A stretch of 63,853 bases of DNA, filler included, from Licmophora abbreviata (taxonomy: Eukaryota): the NCBI GenBank assembly GCA_900291995.1. It is 14 parts of 14 records of this genome, joined end to end, with 100 filler letters (N's around TTAATTAATTAA, not from the genome) between each part and the next. Parts side by side here need not be neighbours in the genome. Positions count along the whole stretch, not along the records: positions 7,607 to 9,227 come from OLMU01001113.1; positions 9,328 to 13,571 come from OLMU01001114.1; positions 13,672 to 15,870 come from OLMU01001115.1; positions 15,971 to 26,283 come from OLMU01001116.1; 10 more parts are not named here. One strand, 5' to 3'. Positions within the stretch are counted from its first letter, which is position 1. Each line of letters starts with the position of its first letter. This document shows positions 9,138-21,100 of this stretch, in pieces. The position numbers and the translations under genes were made by a program. The notes under the pieces are model-generated. The model did no database searches. It was not told the origin of the DNA and worked only from the letters and a program-made list of their open reading frames with translations.

Positions 9138-10520
9138 ATGACACAGACCCAGACACCCCCCCGCTCGGAATGCTCCGGTTGCCTCGGCTGCCAGCGTGGC
9201 CGCGATCTCTATCTCGATGCGGCCCTTNNNNNNNNNNNNNNNNNNNNNNNNNNNNNNNNNNNNNNNNNNNNTTAATTAATTAANNNNNNNNNNNNNNNNN
9301 NNNNNNNNNNNNNNNNNNNNNNNNNNNGATCGTCTGCATCAGGAAGGCCGCTATCGGACCTTCATCGACATCGAACGCCGCAATGGCCAGTTTCCGCATG
9401 CCACATGGCGCCGCCCTGATGGCACCGAGCAGCCGATCACCGTCTGGTGCGGCAACGACTATCTGGGCATGGGCCAGCACCCCGAGGTCCTGGCGGCGAT
9501 GCACGAGGCGCTGGATGCCACCGGCGCGGGCTCGGGCGGCACGCGCAACATTTCCGGCACCACGGTCTATCACAAGCGGCTCGAGGCAGAGCTGGCCGAT
9601 CTGCACGGCAAGGAAGCGGCGCTGCTGTTCACCTCGGCCTACATCGCGAATGACGCGACATTGAGCACGCTGCCCAAATTGTTCCCCGGCCTGATCATCT
9701 ATTCGGATGCGCTCAACCATGCCTCGATGATCGAGGGGGTGCGCCGCAATGGCGGGGCCAAGCGCATTTTCCGCCATAACGACATGGCGCATCTGCGCGA
9801 GCTGCTCGAGGCCGACGATCCCGCCGCGCCCAAGCTCATCGCCTTCGAATCGGTCTACTCGATGGATGGCGATTTCGGACCGATCGAGGCGATCTGCGAC
9901 CTGGCCGACGAGTTTGGCGCGCTGACCTATATCGACGAGGTGCACGCGGTGGGCATGTATGGCCCGCGCGGCGCTGGCGTGGCCGAGCGCGACCGCCTGA
10001 TGCACCGCATCGACATCATCAACGGCACGCTCGCCAAGGCCTATGGCGTGATGGGCGGCTATATCGCGGCGAGCGCGAAAATGTGTGACGCCGTGCGCAG
10101 TTACGCGCCGGGCTTCATCTTCACCACCTCGCTGCCGCCCGCGGTGGCCGCAGGGGCCGCGGCCAGTGTTGCGCATCTCAAGCGCGACGGGTCGCTGCGC
10201 GAGGCGCATCAGACGCAGGCGAAGATCCTCAAGACCCGGCTCAAGGGCATGGGCCTGCCGCTGATCGACCACGGCAGCCATATCGTGCCGGTGATCGTGG
10301 GCGATCCGGTGCATACCAAGAAGCTGAGCGACATGCTGCTCGAGGGCTATGGCATCTATGTCCAGCCGATCAACTTCCCGACCGTTCCACGCGTGGCACC
10401 GAGCGCCTGCGCTTCACCCCCTCGCCGGTTCACGGACCGCGCGAAATGGATGCACTCGTGCACGCCATGGACGCCCTCTGGAGCCATTGCGCGCTCAACC
10501 GGATCGACCTCGCCGGCTGA
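9138..10520 (+). CDS. hemA: 5-aminolevulinate synthase; spans an apparently zero-length gap; 2-nt frameshift near 10390
   Basis: ATG 9138 after CAGGAAGG gives [30 protein letters not shown], which joins [17 protein letters not shown] at 9328. Motifs: [50 protein letters not shown] (PLP Lys). The canonical C-terminus ([13 protein letters not shown]...[14 protein letters not shown]) is in a shifted frame ending at TGA 10520. Confidence 0.92.
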
Positions 10521-10551
10521 CAGCCGCCACAACAAGAAAGGAGCCTGACCG

Positions 10552-11777
10552 ATGCGCTGGATCACGCGAGGCGCTGTTGTCGCCACCGTCGCCATTCTGT
10601 GTCCCTTGGGAATTTCACAGCTGACCGCGACGGAAATGGCCGATCCCATCGAAGACCGCGTCCCTGTCGCGGCCTCGGTGCGGCGCGCGGATTCGCTGCG
10701 CATCGACGACGTGCTGCATGCCTTCGGGCATGTCGCGCCTGCGGATATCATCCGCGTGTCGATGCCGCGCCATGCGGCCCCGGTGACGGAAATCCTCGTG
10801 AACGAAGGCGATATGGTCGACGCCGGACAGATCCTCGTCCGCATCGACCGCACCGATATCCAACGCGATCTTCTGCAGGCTCAGGCCACGCTTTCGGCCA
10901 CCCGCGCCGATATCCGCATCGCCCGGTCCAGCCTGCAGGTCGCCGCCACCGATATCGCGCAGCGCCGCGCCGAACTCGACCGGCTCGAACGTCTTGCCAA
11001 AACCGGCGCCTCCTCCGAGGTGCAGCGGCAGGACGCCACCCGCGCGCTGCAACAGGCGATGTCCGAACACGAGGCCGCCAAGGCCCGTCTCGCCGGTGCG
11101 CAGGCCAGCGAGGCCCTCGCCCTGCTCGCATTGGACCGCGTCACCACGTTGAACAGCCAACTGGATGTCCGCGCGCCGGTCGCAGGCCGCGTGACCCGGA
11201 TCATGGTCGATCCCGGTGCAACGCCTGTCATCGGCAGCCCGGTCCTCGATCTCGCCGCCGCCGACCGCATGGAAGCGGTGCTCACCGTGCCCCCCCAGCG
11301 CTTGCCCGCGTGTCCCCGGGCACTCCGGCGCGGCTCTGGACGCCCGATGGCGCGATGATCGCCGCCGATGTCACCCGGATCAGCCCCTCGACTGGCCCCG
11401 ATACCGGTCTCGCGCGGGTCGCGGTGCGCTTGCCCGACGGGCACGCCCATCTTGCAGGCTCCAGCCTGCGCGCCGAAATCATCGTCGATCAGCGGGTTGC
11501 GATCGTCGTGCCCACATCCGCCCTCGTGGCGCTCGATAGTGGCCCCGGCCTCTTTCGCGTCGTCGATCAGCGCGCCGTCGCAACCCCGGTTGACCTGTCG
11601 ATGCGCCCCGGCGGCGCCGAAGCCGAGATCGTCGCGGGCCTGTCCGAAGGCGCGGTCTATGTCGCCGTCGCCTCGCCCCTCCTGCGGGATGGCGAACGCG
11701 TGGCGCGTCGCAGCGGTCCGACCGACACCGGCCTCAAGCAGACAGCGGCGTTGCATCTCGGGCTGGCCCGGCGATGA
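10552..11777 (+). CDS. RND efflux periplasmic adaptor (MFP); frameshift near 11290-11310
   Basis: Lipoyl/hairpin pattern 'VTEILVNEGDMVDAGQILVRID...VRAPVAGRV'; continues in another frame with 'IVVPTSALV...EIVAGLSEG...LRDGERV' to TGA overlapping the next ATG. Confidence 0.8.
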
Positions 11778-14700
11778 CCCTCACGGAACGCATCCTGCGC
11801 CACGCGTTCCTGCCGGTGATCGTCATCGTCGTGCTGGCGCTTCTGGGCCTGCGCGCGGGGCTGACCCTACCGCTGACCCATTTGCCCGATATCGGTGACA
11901 ACCGGATCGTGCTGCGCCTGTCGGCGCCCGATGCCTCGCTTGCTGCCACCGACCACGATCTGGCCCAGCCTGTCTACCGCGCCTTGTCATCCCTGCCGGA
12001 CGTCACTTCGATCCGGTCACAAATCACCTCTGGCCAGCTGGTCATGACCCTCAGCCTGCGCAATTCCCGCACCGCCGAGGACAGTCTCGCAAAGGTGCAG
12101 GACCGGCTTCAGGCGCTCAAACCCGATCTGGATCTCGCGATCTCCATCGACGAGATCCGCGCCACCTCCTCGCGGCGTCAGGCGGCGCTGGAGCTGGCCA
12201 TTCTGCCCCGCGACGGCGATATCGTCGCCGCCAGCGATGCGACGCGCGACGTCATCCTGCCCGCCTTGCGCCAGATCGACACCATCGCCGAGATCGACAC
12301 CCAAGGCGCCACCCGCGCCGAACTGGTGATCCGGACATCCGACCCTCGGCTGGCCTCCGTCGGGCTGACCTTTGCGGCGTTGAACCGCCAGATCACGCAG
12401 GCGCTCTCGCAACAGGTGGCCGCAGCCGTGCCGGTATCCTCCGCTCCGGAGGCAGGGACCATTCTGCTTTCACTCCCGCAGGACATGCTGGCCGCAGAGG
12501 CGGCGCAGACACTCTCCACCCTGTCGCTGACCACCGCCTCGGGCCAGAAGATCCCGCTGGCGGCTGTGGCGCGTGTGTCGACTGCGCCTGCCCCGAGTGA
12601 GTGGCTGACCCGGCACAATGGAACCCCCGCGATCCTCGCACAGATCCATGCCGCGACCGGCGCCGACCTCGTGACGCTCAGCCGGGATCTGGACCGTGTT
12701 CTGAGCGATCTCCGGCACAGCCGCCCCGATCTCACGCTCGACGTTGTCGCGCGCCCGGCCAAGCAGGCGATCCGTTCGCTCGGCGCCACCCGGCAGGCCC
12801 TTCTGGAAGGCTGCCTGCTGGTCATCGCGGTGATCGCGCTTGCGCTGAAATCCTGGCGCGCCACGGCCCTGGCCGCGTTGGCGATTCCGCTCTCTGTTCT
12901 GCCCACGCTCTATGTGATGCAGGTGCTTGGCCTCAGCCTGAACATCGTCAGCTTGCTGGCCTTGACCCTAGCGTCGGGAATCGTCGTGGACGATGCGATC
13001 GTCGAGATCGAAAATATTCACACCCATCAGCGCCGCAGCCGCGACCCCCGCAAGGCCGTGGCGCGCGCGGTCGATGAAATGGCCCGCCCGGTCATCGCCA
13101 CAAGCCTTGCCCTTCTGGCGGTGTTCCTGCCCGTTGCGACCATGCCCGGCGAGGCCGGTCTCTATTTTCAGGCTTTCGGCTATACGCTGTGCATCGCGAC
13201 GGTGTTTTCCCTGCTGGTCTCGCGGCTTGTGATCCCGGGCCTTGCCCTGCGCTTCGCGGGCAGCCCCGTGGCCCTTCCCGCGGCACCTTCGGCCCGGCGA
13301 CTGGCCCGGCGCTACCGTGCGGTGGTCATCCGCGCGCTGCGCTTTCGGTGGCTCTGTCTGGCAGGGGCCGGGCTTGTGGCGGGGCTCTCGGTGGTCGCGG
13401 CGCTCAATCATCCCGGCGCGTTCATCCCTCTGGATCGCGATCCGCTCCTGCAGTTCGACATGGCGCTGCCGCCGACGATGCCCCCCGAGGCGCGTCTGGA
13501 CCATCTGGCAGCACTTGAACGCGATCTTTTGGCCGATGAGGGCGTGCGCGGCCTGACGGTGATCGCCTCCGNNNNNNNNNNNNNNNNNNNNNNNNNNNNN
13601 NNNNNNNNNNNNNNNTTAATTAATTAANNNNNNNNNNNNNNNNNNNNNNNNNNNNNNNNNNNNNNNNNNNNGTCTTCTGTTGCGCACCGACGGCGCGACC
13701 CGAACCGAGGCGCGGTTGCATGATGCGCTCAACCAGACCGCCGATGCGCGCCTGCTCCCACTCACCAGCACCGGGCGTGCGGCACTCGTGCTCGATCTGG
13801 CGGCCCCTGACCTCCACAGTCTTGAAATCGCAGCACCCGCGATCCTTGCCGCCATCGCGCAACTGCCCGGGGATATCCCGATCCTCTCCCCCATGTCCGC
13901 AAGACAGGCGCAGGTGCGTTTCCTGCCCGACCAAGGCCTCCTGCGGCAGCTCGACCTCAGCACGGCGGATCTTGTCGCGTCCCTTCAAGGACATACAAAC
14001 CCCGACAATCACCTGATTGCCATGATCGAAAGCGATGACCGACAGCCGCTCCGCCTGCGCAGTCGGCTGACACCCTCCGGTCTGGACGGCAATGCGCCAG
14101 GTGACCTGACCTTCGCACCCGTGCCCTTGCCCGGTGGCGGCACCGTGCCGCTCGCAGCACTTGGCCGCTTCGATCTGGACTTCGCGCCTCTGCGGCTCGA
14201 ACGGCGTGATGGTCTCTATGTCCTGCCGCTTCTGGCCGCGCCGGACACGGCCGCAACGGCGCGCCGTGTCTCCGATGTCGCCAAGTCTGAGGTGGCCCGG
14301 CTGTCCGCTGATCTGCCCGGTCTTGCCCTTCTGCCCGCCGGCGACACCACCTCGCGGCTCGAGATGATGTCCGACCTTGGCCGCGCCTTGGGCAGCATGC
14401 TCTTGCTGCTTGTCGCGGTGCTCTACGCGCTCTTCCGTTCGGTGGCGCAGGTCGGGGTGATTCTCGTCTCGCTGGTCTTTGCGTTGAGTGGCGGGATGCT
14501 GGTCCTGTCGCTCACCGGCCTGCCGGTGTCCCTGCCGGTGCTGATCGGTCTGATCCTGCTGCTCGGCATCGTCGCCAAGAACGCGATTCTTCTGATCGAC
14601 CGTGCGCAAACCCTGGTCGCGCGGCATGGCAATATGGCGCAGGCGGTGATCGCTGCCGCCTCGGACCGTGCGCGCCCGATCATCATGACCAGCGTTGCGA

Positions 14701-14912
14701 TGATTGCCGGGATGCTGCCTGCGGCCCTTCCGTGGCTTGAGGGCTCGGCCTTCCGTCAACCGCTGGCGCTGACCGTGATCGGTGGCGTCGCGGTCTCGAC
14801 CCTGCTCAGCCTCGTGGTCACGCCGGTCCTGTGCCTGATGGCCCATACTGCGGCATCCCGCATCGCCCGCCGCATCGCGCCGCGCGCTGCCACACCCGTT
14901 CCCCAGACCTGA
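11774..14912 (+). CDS. RND efflux permease (AcrB/AcrD/AcrF family), split by gap 13572-13671
   Basis: 'AIPLSVLPT', 'LNIVSLLALTLASGIVVDDAIVEIENI', 'GIVAKNAILLID', 'RARPIIMTS', 'PLALTVIGG'; proton-relay DD, K and T retained. Confidence 0.88.
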
Positions 14913-14996
14913 TACAGCCTCGCGCCGCGACCAATGCCGCCCCGACCGGCGGTATGTGGGGCCGATTCTCTGATGCCTGCACCCTCCCGGCCTATC

Positions 14997-15053
14997 GGAC
15001 CTTGGTCTGATACGAGCGCTACCTTCGTAGGGTTTTTCACAAGACCTTCAGCG
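14997..15053. promoter_or_regulatory. Operator boxes upstream of the giant peroxidase gene
   Basis: GGACCTTGGTCT 14997-15008, CTACCTTCGTAG 15019-15030, half-site AGACCTTC at 15042. Confidence 0.5.
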
Positions 15054-15150
15054 CCTCCGCCCGGAAGTTTCCCTTGCTACGTCTGGTCCATCAGATTCTT
15101 GCCCGCTTTCCCGCGGGTGACCCACAGACTTCAAACCAGGAGAAAACAAG

Positions 15151-18100
15151 ATGGTTTTCGTCAACACAAACGACCTGAAGCACATCCTCGACCAGATCCG
15201 CATCGCTGAACAGCATGTGGCCGGTACACCCTTGACCGATCTGGTGGCGAATCCCCTGCTGCCCTACGGCCTGCGTCTGGTCGATGGCACGTTGAACAAC
15301 CTGACCGAAGGCCGCGAGGACTGGGGCTCGGCGGATCAGGTCATGCCGCGCCTGCTCCAGTCAACCTTCCTCACCCAACCCGAGTCGGCGCATCTGGCAG
15401 ATGCCAGCCCGCGCGCCCCGCAAGACGGACCCACGTCCTATCTTCAGACCTCCGGGTCGGTCTATGATGCCGAGCCTCGGGTGATTTCGAACCTGATTGC
15501 CGATCAGACCCTCGCCAACCCCGCCGTCATCGCCGCAGCGCTCAGCCATTCCGGTCTGACCGGTCAGGCGATGCTTTCGGCTGCCAACGAAATCGTTCAG
15601 GCTTATCAGCGCGTCATCGATGCGCAGGCCGCCACCGGCAATGTCGATCAGGCGCTTGAACTGCAGCGCCAGCAACTGCAGTCCGCTCTGGACACCGCCA
15701 GCGCCGAACTGACCGCCGCACAGAACGATGTCTCCGCCAAGACAACGGCCAAGGCTGACGCCGATCTGGCCGTGACCGACGCCAAGGCCGCTTTGGATAC
15801 GGCCGCCGCGACAATGGTTGCCCTGCAAAGCGCCGGTCAGGTGGGCGAGGCTCAGGCCGCGCTGACAGCCNNNNNNNNNNNNNNNNNNNNNNNNNNNNNN
15901 NNNNNNNNNNNNNNTTAATTAATTAANNNNNNNNNNNNNNNNNNNNNNNNNNNNNNNNNNNNNNNNNNNNAACGCCCTCGATGCCGCGCAGGCCGAGCTG
16001 GACGCCGCCAACGCATCCGCCGCCTCGATGCTGACCATGCACGGCGCCAAGCAGACCGAAGTCACCAACCTGCAAAGCCAGAAGGCGACCGCCGATCAGG
16101 CGCTTGCCTCGGCTCAGTCCACCCTGTCCGACGCTGAGGCGGCACTGGCACTGGAAACCGACGCCGCAGGCGCGGTGACTGAGGCTCAAACGGCGGTTGA
16201 TAACGCCACCACCGCAGTCAGCGAAGCGCAAGCGCGTGTGGACGACCTCGACGCACAGCTCGAGCAGGCGCAGACTGACCTCGACGATCTGACCACCCAG
16301 CTTCAGACCGCGCAGCAGGCCGAGACCGCCGCACAAGCCCGCGTCAACGCCGCTCAGGAAGCCGCCGCTGAAACCCAGATCGCCCGCGACAACGCCCAGT
16401 CCCTCTTCGACACCGAAGTGACCGAGCTTGCCACCGCGCAGGCCGATATGCTCAGCGCCCTCTCGACCTATCTCAATGGCGGATCGCTGGCCGACTTCTC
16501 CGTCGCGTCCGCGGCCTATTCCAAGGCCCGCGAGGAAAAGCTGGCCGCAGAAATGGCTCTCGCTGACGCGATCGACGCGGATGATGGCGCCGATCAGACG
16601 GTTCTGACCGAAAATGCCGCCCTCTCCACGGCGAAGTCTCAGGTCACTAGCCTGACTCAGCAGCGTGATACTGCGATCACCACGCGTGATGGGCTGAACA
16701 CCCAGCTGGGCGAAGCCAACACCGCCCTGTCCACGGCGCAAGCCACCCTCGAAACCGCCCAGCAGGATCTTCAGACCGCACAGGCGGACAATCAGGCTTA
16801 CGTCGATGCGCAGAACGCCGTCACGCAGGCGCAGGACGGCGTCAACACGGCACAAGGCGTGGTCGATGGTTTTGTGACCCAGCTCGCCACCGTCAACGCC
16901 GAGCTTGCAACGCTGAACACCAATGTTGAAAACGCCGATGCCGAAGTCACCCGCCTCGAAGGCGTCGTTCAGACCGAAACCGGCGATCTGACCATCGCGC
17001 AAGATGGCGTCGACTCGGCCCAGCAAACACTGGCAGCAGCCCAGACGGCCGATGCGCAGATCCTCGCGCAGCTCGATGTGATCGCCGATGCAACCCTCAC
17101 GCTCAACCAGGCGACTGAAACTGCCGCTCAGGCAGCCCTCGATCTGACCGCGGCAGAAGGTGTTGAAGCTGCCAAGCAGACCGCGGTCGACACCGCCACA
17201 AGCGACCTCGACGCCCTGACCGCACCCGGCGCGGCCGAAGCCGCTCTGGCCGCCGCTCAGGCCACCGCTGCCGAGGCGCAAACCGCCCTCGACACGCTGC
17301 TGACCACCCATGACATCACCATGGACGGCAACAACGTGCTGCTGCCGGATGTGTCTCCTGATGAAGGCCTGACCGCGCCCTACAACTCCTGGATGACCCT
17401 CTTCGGTCAGTTCTTCGATCACGGCCTCGATCTGGTCGGCAAAGGGGGCAGCGGCACCGTCTACATCCCGCTGCAGCCCGATGACCCGCTCTATGTCGAA
17501 GGCTCGCCCACCAACTTCATGGTGCTGACCCGCGCCACCAACCAGCCCGGACCGGATGGCATTCTGGGCACGGACGATGACGTGCGCGAGCATTTCAACA
17601 AGACGACACCTTGGGTCGACCAGAACCAGACCTACACCTCGCACCCCTCGCATCAGGTGTTCCTGCGCGAATACGATCTCGACGCCAACGGAAACCCGGT
17701 CTCCAACGGCTACCTGCTGCATGGCCAGACCGGCGGCATGTCCACATGGGGCGACGTCAAGGCGCAGGCCGCGACCAAGCTGGGCATTCAGCTCAATGAT
17801 AGCGACGTGCTCGATGGCCCGCTGCTGGCCACCGATCCCTACGGCAACTTCATCCCCGGCCCCAACGGCCTGCCGCAGCTGGTCGTGCCGAACCCCGCCT
17901 ATGTCGAAGGCGGCACCGAGCCTTTGAATATCCTGATCGAAGGCGATCTGGCCAACCCCGTCGATGCAAGCCAGGCGCTTCGTAACGGTCACGCCTTCCT
18001 CGAAGACATTGCCCATAACGCGTTCCCCAAGGGCATGATCGACCACGATCGCAACCCGATGACACCCGAAATCGAGGTCGCGCCCGATGCCGATACCGAC

Positions 18101-21100
18101 ACCGGCAACGCGATCATCCCCAACCAGTTCGGCCAAAACGAAACCTACGACAACGAGTTGCTGGACCGTCACTTCATCGCCGGCGATGGCCGTGGCAATG
18201 AAAACTTCGGCCTGACGGCGGTGCACCACGTGTTCCACACCGAACACAACCGCCAGACAACCGAGATGAAACAGACTATCCTCGACAGTGGCGAGCTGGC
18301 GTTCATCAACGAATGGCTGGCCACCCCGATCACCGAGGCCGATCTGGCAACCGCGACTGTGAACACCGTCGAATGGGATGGCGGGCGTCTGTTCCAGGCC
18401 GCCAAGTTCACCACCGAGATGCAGTATCAGCACCTCGCCTTCGAAGAGTTCGGCCGCACCGTGCAGCCCCAGATCGCGGCGTTCATGGCAAATGCCAGTG
18501 CCGAGATCGACGGATCGATCATGGCGGAATTCGCCCATGTGGTGTACCGCTTCGGTCACTCGATGCTGACCGAGAACGTTCACACGATGGACCCCAACGG
18601 CGTGAACACCTCGAACGGTCTGATCGAAGCCTTCCTGAACCCGGTCGCCTTCGACCTTGACCAGACCCTGACCTCGGATCAGGCGGCAGGTGCCGTGGCC
18701 CGTGGCATGTCCCGCGAAACCGGCGCCAATATCGACGAGTTCATCACCAGCGCCCTGCGCGACAACCTCGTTGGCCTGCCTCTGGACCTTGCCGCGCTGA
18801 ACATCGCGCGGGGTCGGGAAACCGGTGTGCCCTCGCTCAACACCGCCCGCGAGCAGTTCTACTCCGCCACCGGCAGCGAGTTCCTCAAGCCCTATGAAGG
18901 CTGGTCGGAATTTGCCGCGAACCTCAAGAACCCGGCTTCCATCATCAACTTCATCGCGTCCTACGGCACCCACGAGACCATCGTGAACGCCACGACCGTG
19001 GTGGAAAAGCGCGCTGCGGCCACAGATCTGGTTCTCGGCGGTGACACTGCCCCGGCGGACCGTCTGGACTTCGTCAACGGCACCGGCGCCTGGGCTGCGG
19101 TCGAAACGGGGATCAACGCTGTCGAGTTCTGGATCGGCGGTCTGGCCGAGGCGATCATGCCCTTCGGCGGGATGCTCGGCTCCAGTTTCGGCTTCGTGTT
19201 CCAGCAGCAGATGGAGGCGCTGCAGAACGGCGACCGCTTCTACTACCTGGCCCGGACAGCCGGCATGAACATGCTGGCCGAGCTGGAGAACAACTCCTTC
19301 GCCTCCATGATCGTGCGCAACACCGACATCCAGGAAGGCGGCGCGCATATCCCGGCCAACATCTTCTCGTCGATGGATGTCATCCTCGAAGTGGATCAGG
19401 CCGTGCAATCCATGCCCGACCCGGTGTCCACCGATGTCGATCCGTTCCTTGCCGCCATGGGCACCACCATGGTCGAAAGGGCCACGGCCACGGTCGATGC
19501 GCCTCTCACCGATGGCGCGCGGGACTATGACAACTTCCTCAAGTTCAATGGCGGCGAGCATGCCTTGCTCGGTGGTACGGACCAGCGCGATATCCTCATT
19601 GGCGGCCTCGGCGACGATGCGCTCTGGGGCGGCGCGGGTGACGACCTTCTGATCGGTGGCGCTGGCGTGAACACGTTCCGTGGCGGTGCCGGCAACGACA
19701 TCATCAGGGATGGTGACGATATCAGCTTCCTGCATGGCGAAGACGGCGACGACGTGATCTCGGCTGGCGGCGGCATCGGTGAACTGATGTTCGGCGGCAA
19801 GGGCAATGACGCCATCCTCATGGGCTTCGACGACGCAGCCGAAGCGTTCGGCATGGACGGCAACGACTTCATCTACGGTGGCGCCGGTGCCGAGATCATG
19901 TTCGGCGGCGAAGGCGACGACTGGATCGAAGGCGGCGACGGCTTCGATATGCTCCTGGGCGACAACGGCGATCCCTTTGGCGGGTCGCGGGTTGTGGGCC
20001 ATGACGTGCTGAATGGCGGTGCCAACGACAACGACCTGCTTGGGGAAGGTGGCGATGACATCCTGATCCAGGGCGAGGGCGTGCATGTCAACGATGGTGA
20101 TCTCGGACATGACTGGGTGGCCCACAAGAATGCGATGACAGGGGCCGATATCGACCTCAGCCGTCGTCTGGAAACCAACGAAGCACTGGACGCGATCCGC
20201 GATCGCTACAACCTGATCGAGGCGGCATCGGGCACGCAGTTCGACGATTTCCTCTACGGCGATGACCGCGAAGGTGCGGCACTGCCGGCCGGGATCGACC
20301 TGCTGGCCAATGATGCGACGCTCTTCGCCAACGAACTGACGCAGGCGGGCGTTGACCGGATCGCAGGGCTGCGCGAGTTGCTGGGCGACATGATGGGCGT
20401 TGACCCCGCAGATACCTTCACCGGCGGCAACATCCTGCTCGGTGGCGGCGGCAGCGACGTGATCCAGGGCCGCGGCGGCGATGACGTGATCGACGGCGAC
20501 AAGGCGCTCAACGTGCGCATCTCGGTCCGCGATCCTCAGGATCCGACCGTGGAACTGCGCTCGATCAACAGCCTGTTCGAAATCTCGAACGAGCTGCTCG
20601 ACGGCTCCATCAGCCCGGGCCAGCTGCAGATCGTGCGGGAAATCCTCGACGCCGGTCAGGAAGGCGATGTGGACACCGCCGTCTACTTTGATGTGCGGGC
20701 CAACTACAACATCCGCCAGAACGCCGATGGCAGCGTCACGGTCGATCATATCTCACCGCCCATCGAAGGCGCGTTCATCGATCCGATCAACGGTCAGCCC
20801 AACGTCGCCGGTGGTGACGGAACTGACCGCTTGACCAATGTCGAAATCCTGCGCTTTGCGGATATGGAGGTTGATCTTCGCACCGATCCGGCCAGCAATG
20901 GCTTGATCCAGGGCACCGATGGCAACGATGTGCTCGACGGCAGCAACGGCCCCGACGCGATCTTCGCAGGCGCCGGTGACGATGTGATCAACGGTCTTGC
21001 CGGCAATGACGTGATCTTCGCCGAAGGTGGCTCCGACACGATCACATGGAACGCGCCCAACGGCGGCTACGATGTGGTCGTGGGTCACGGGATCGTCAAC

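Noticed and set aside
10385..11310. Frameshifts in hemA and the RND adaptor read as pseudogenisation, programmed frameshifting or phase variation (C7 tract at 11290-11296)
   Set aside because: Similar small indels occur in truA (near 26062) and essential ileS (near 30740), so sequencing error is the simplest explanation. Resequencing would settle it.
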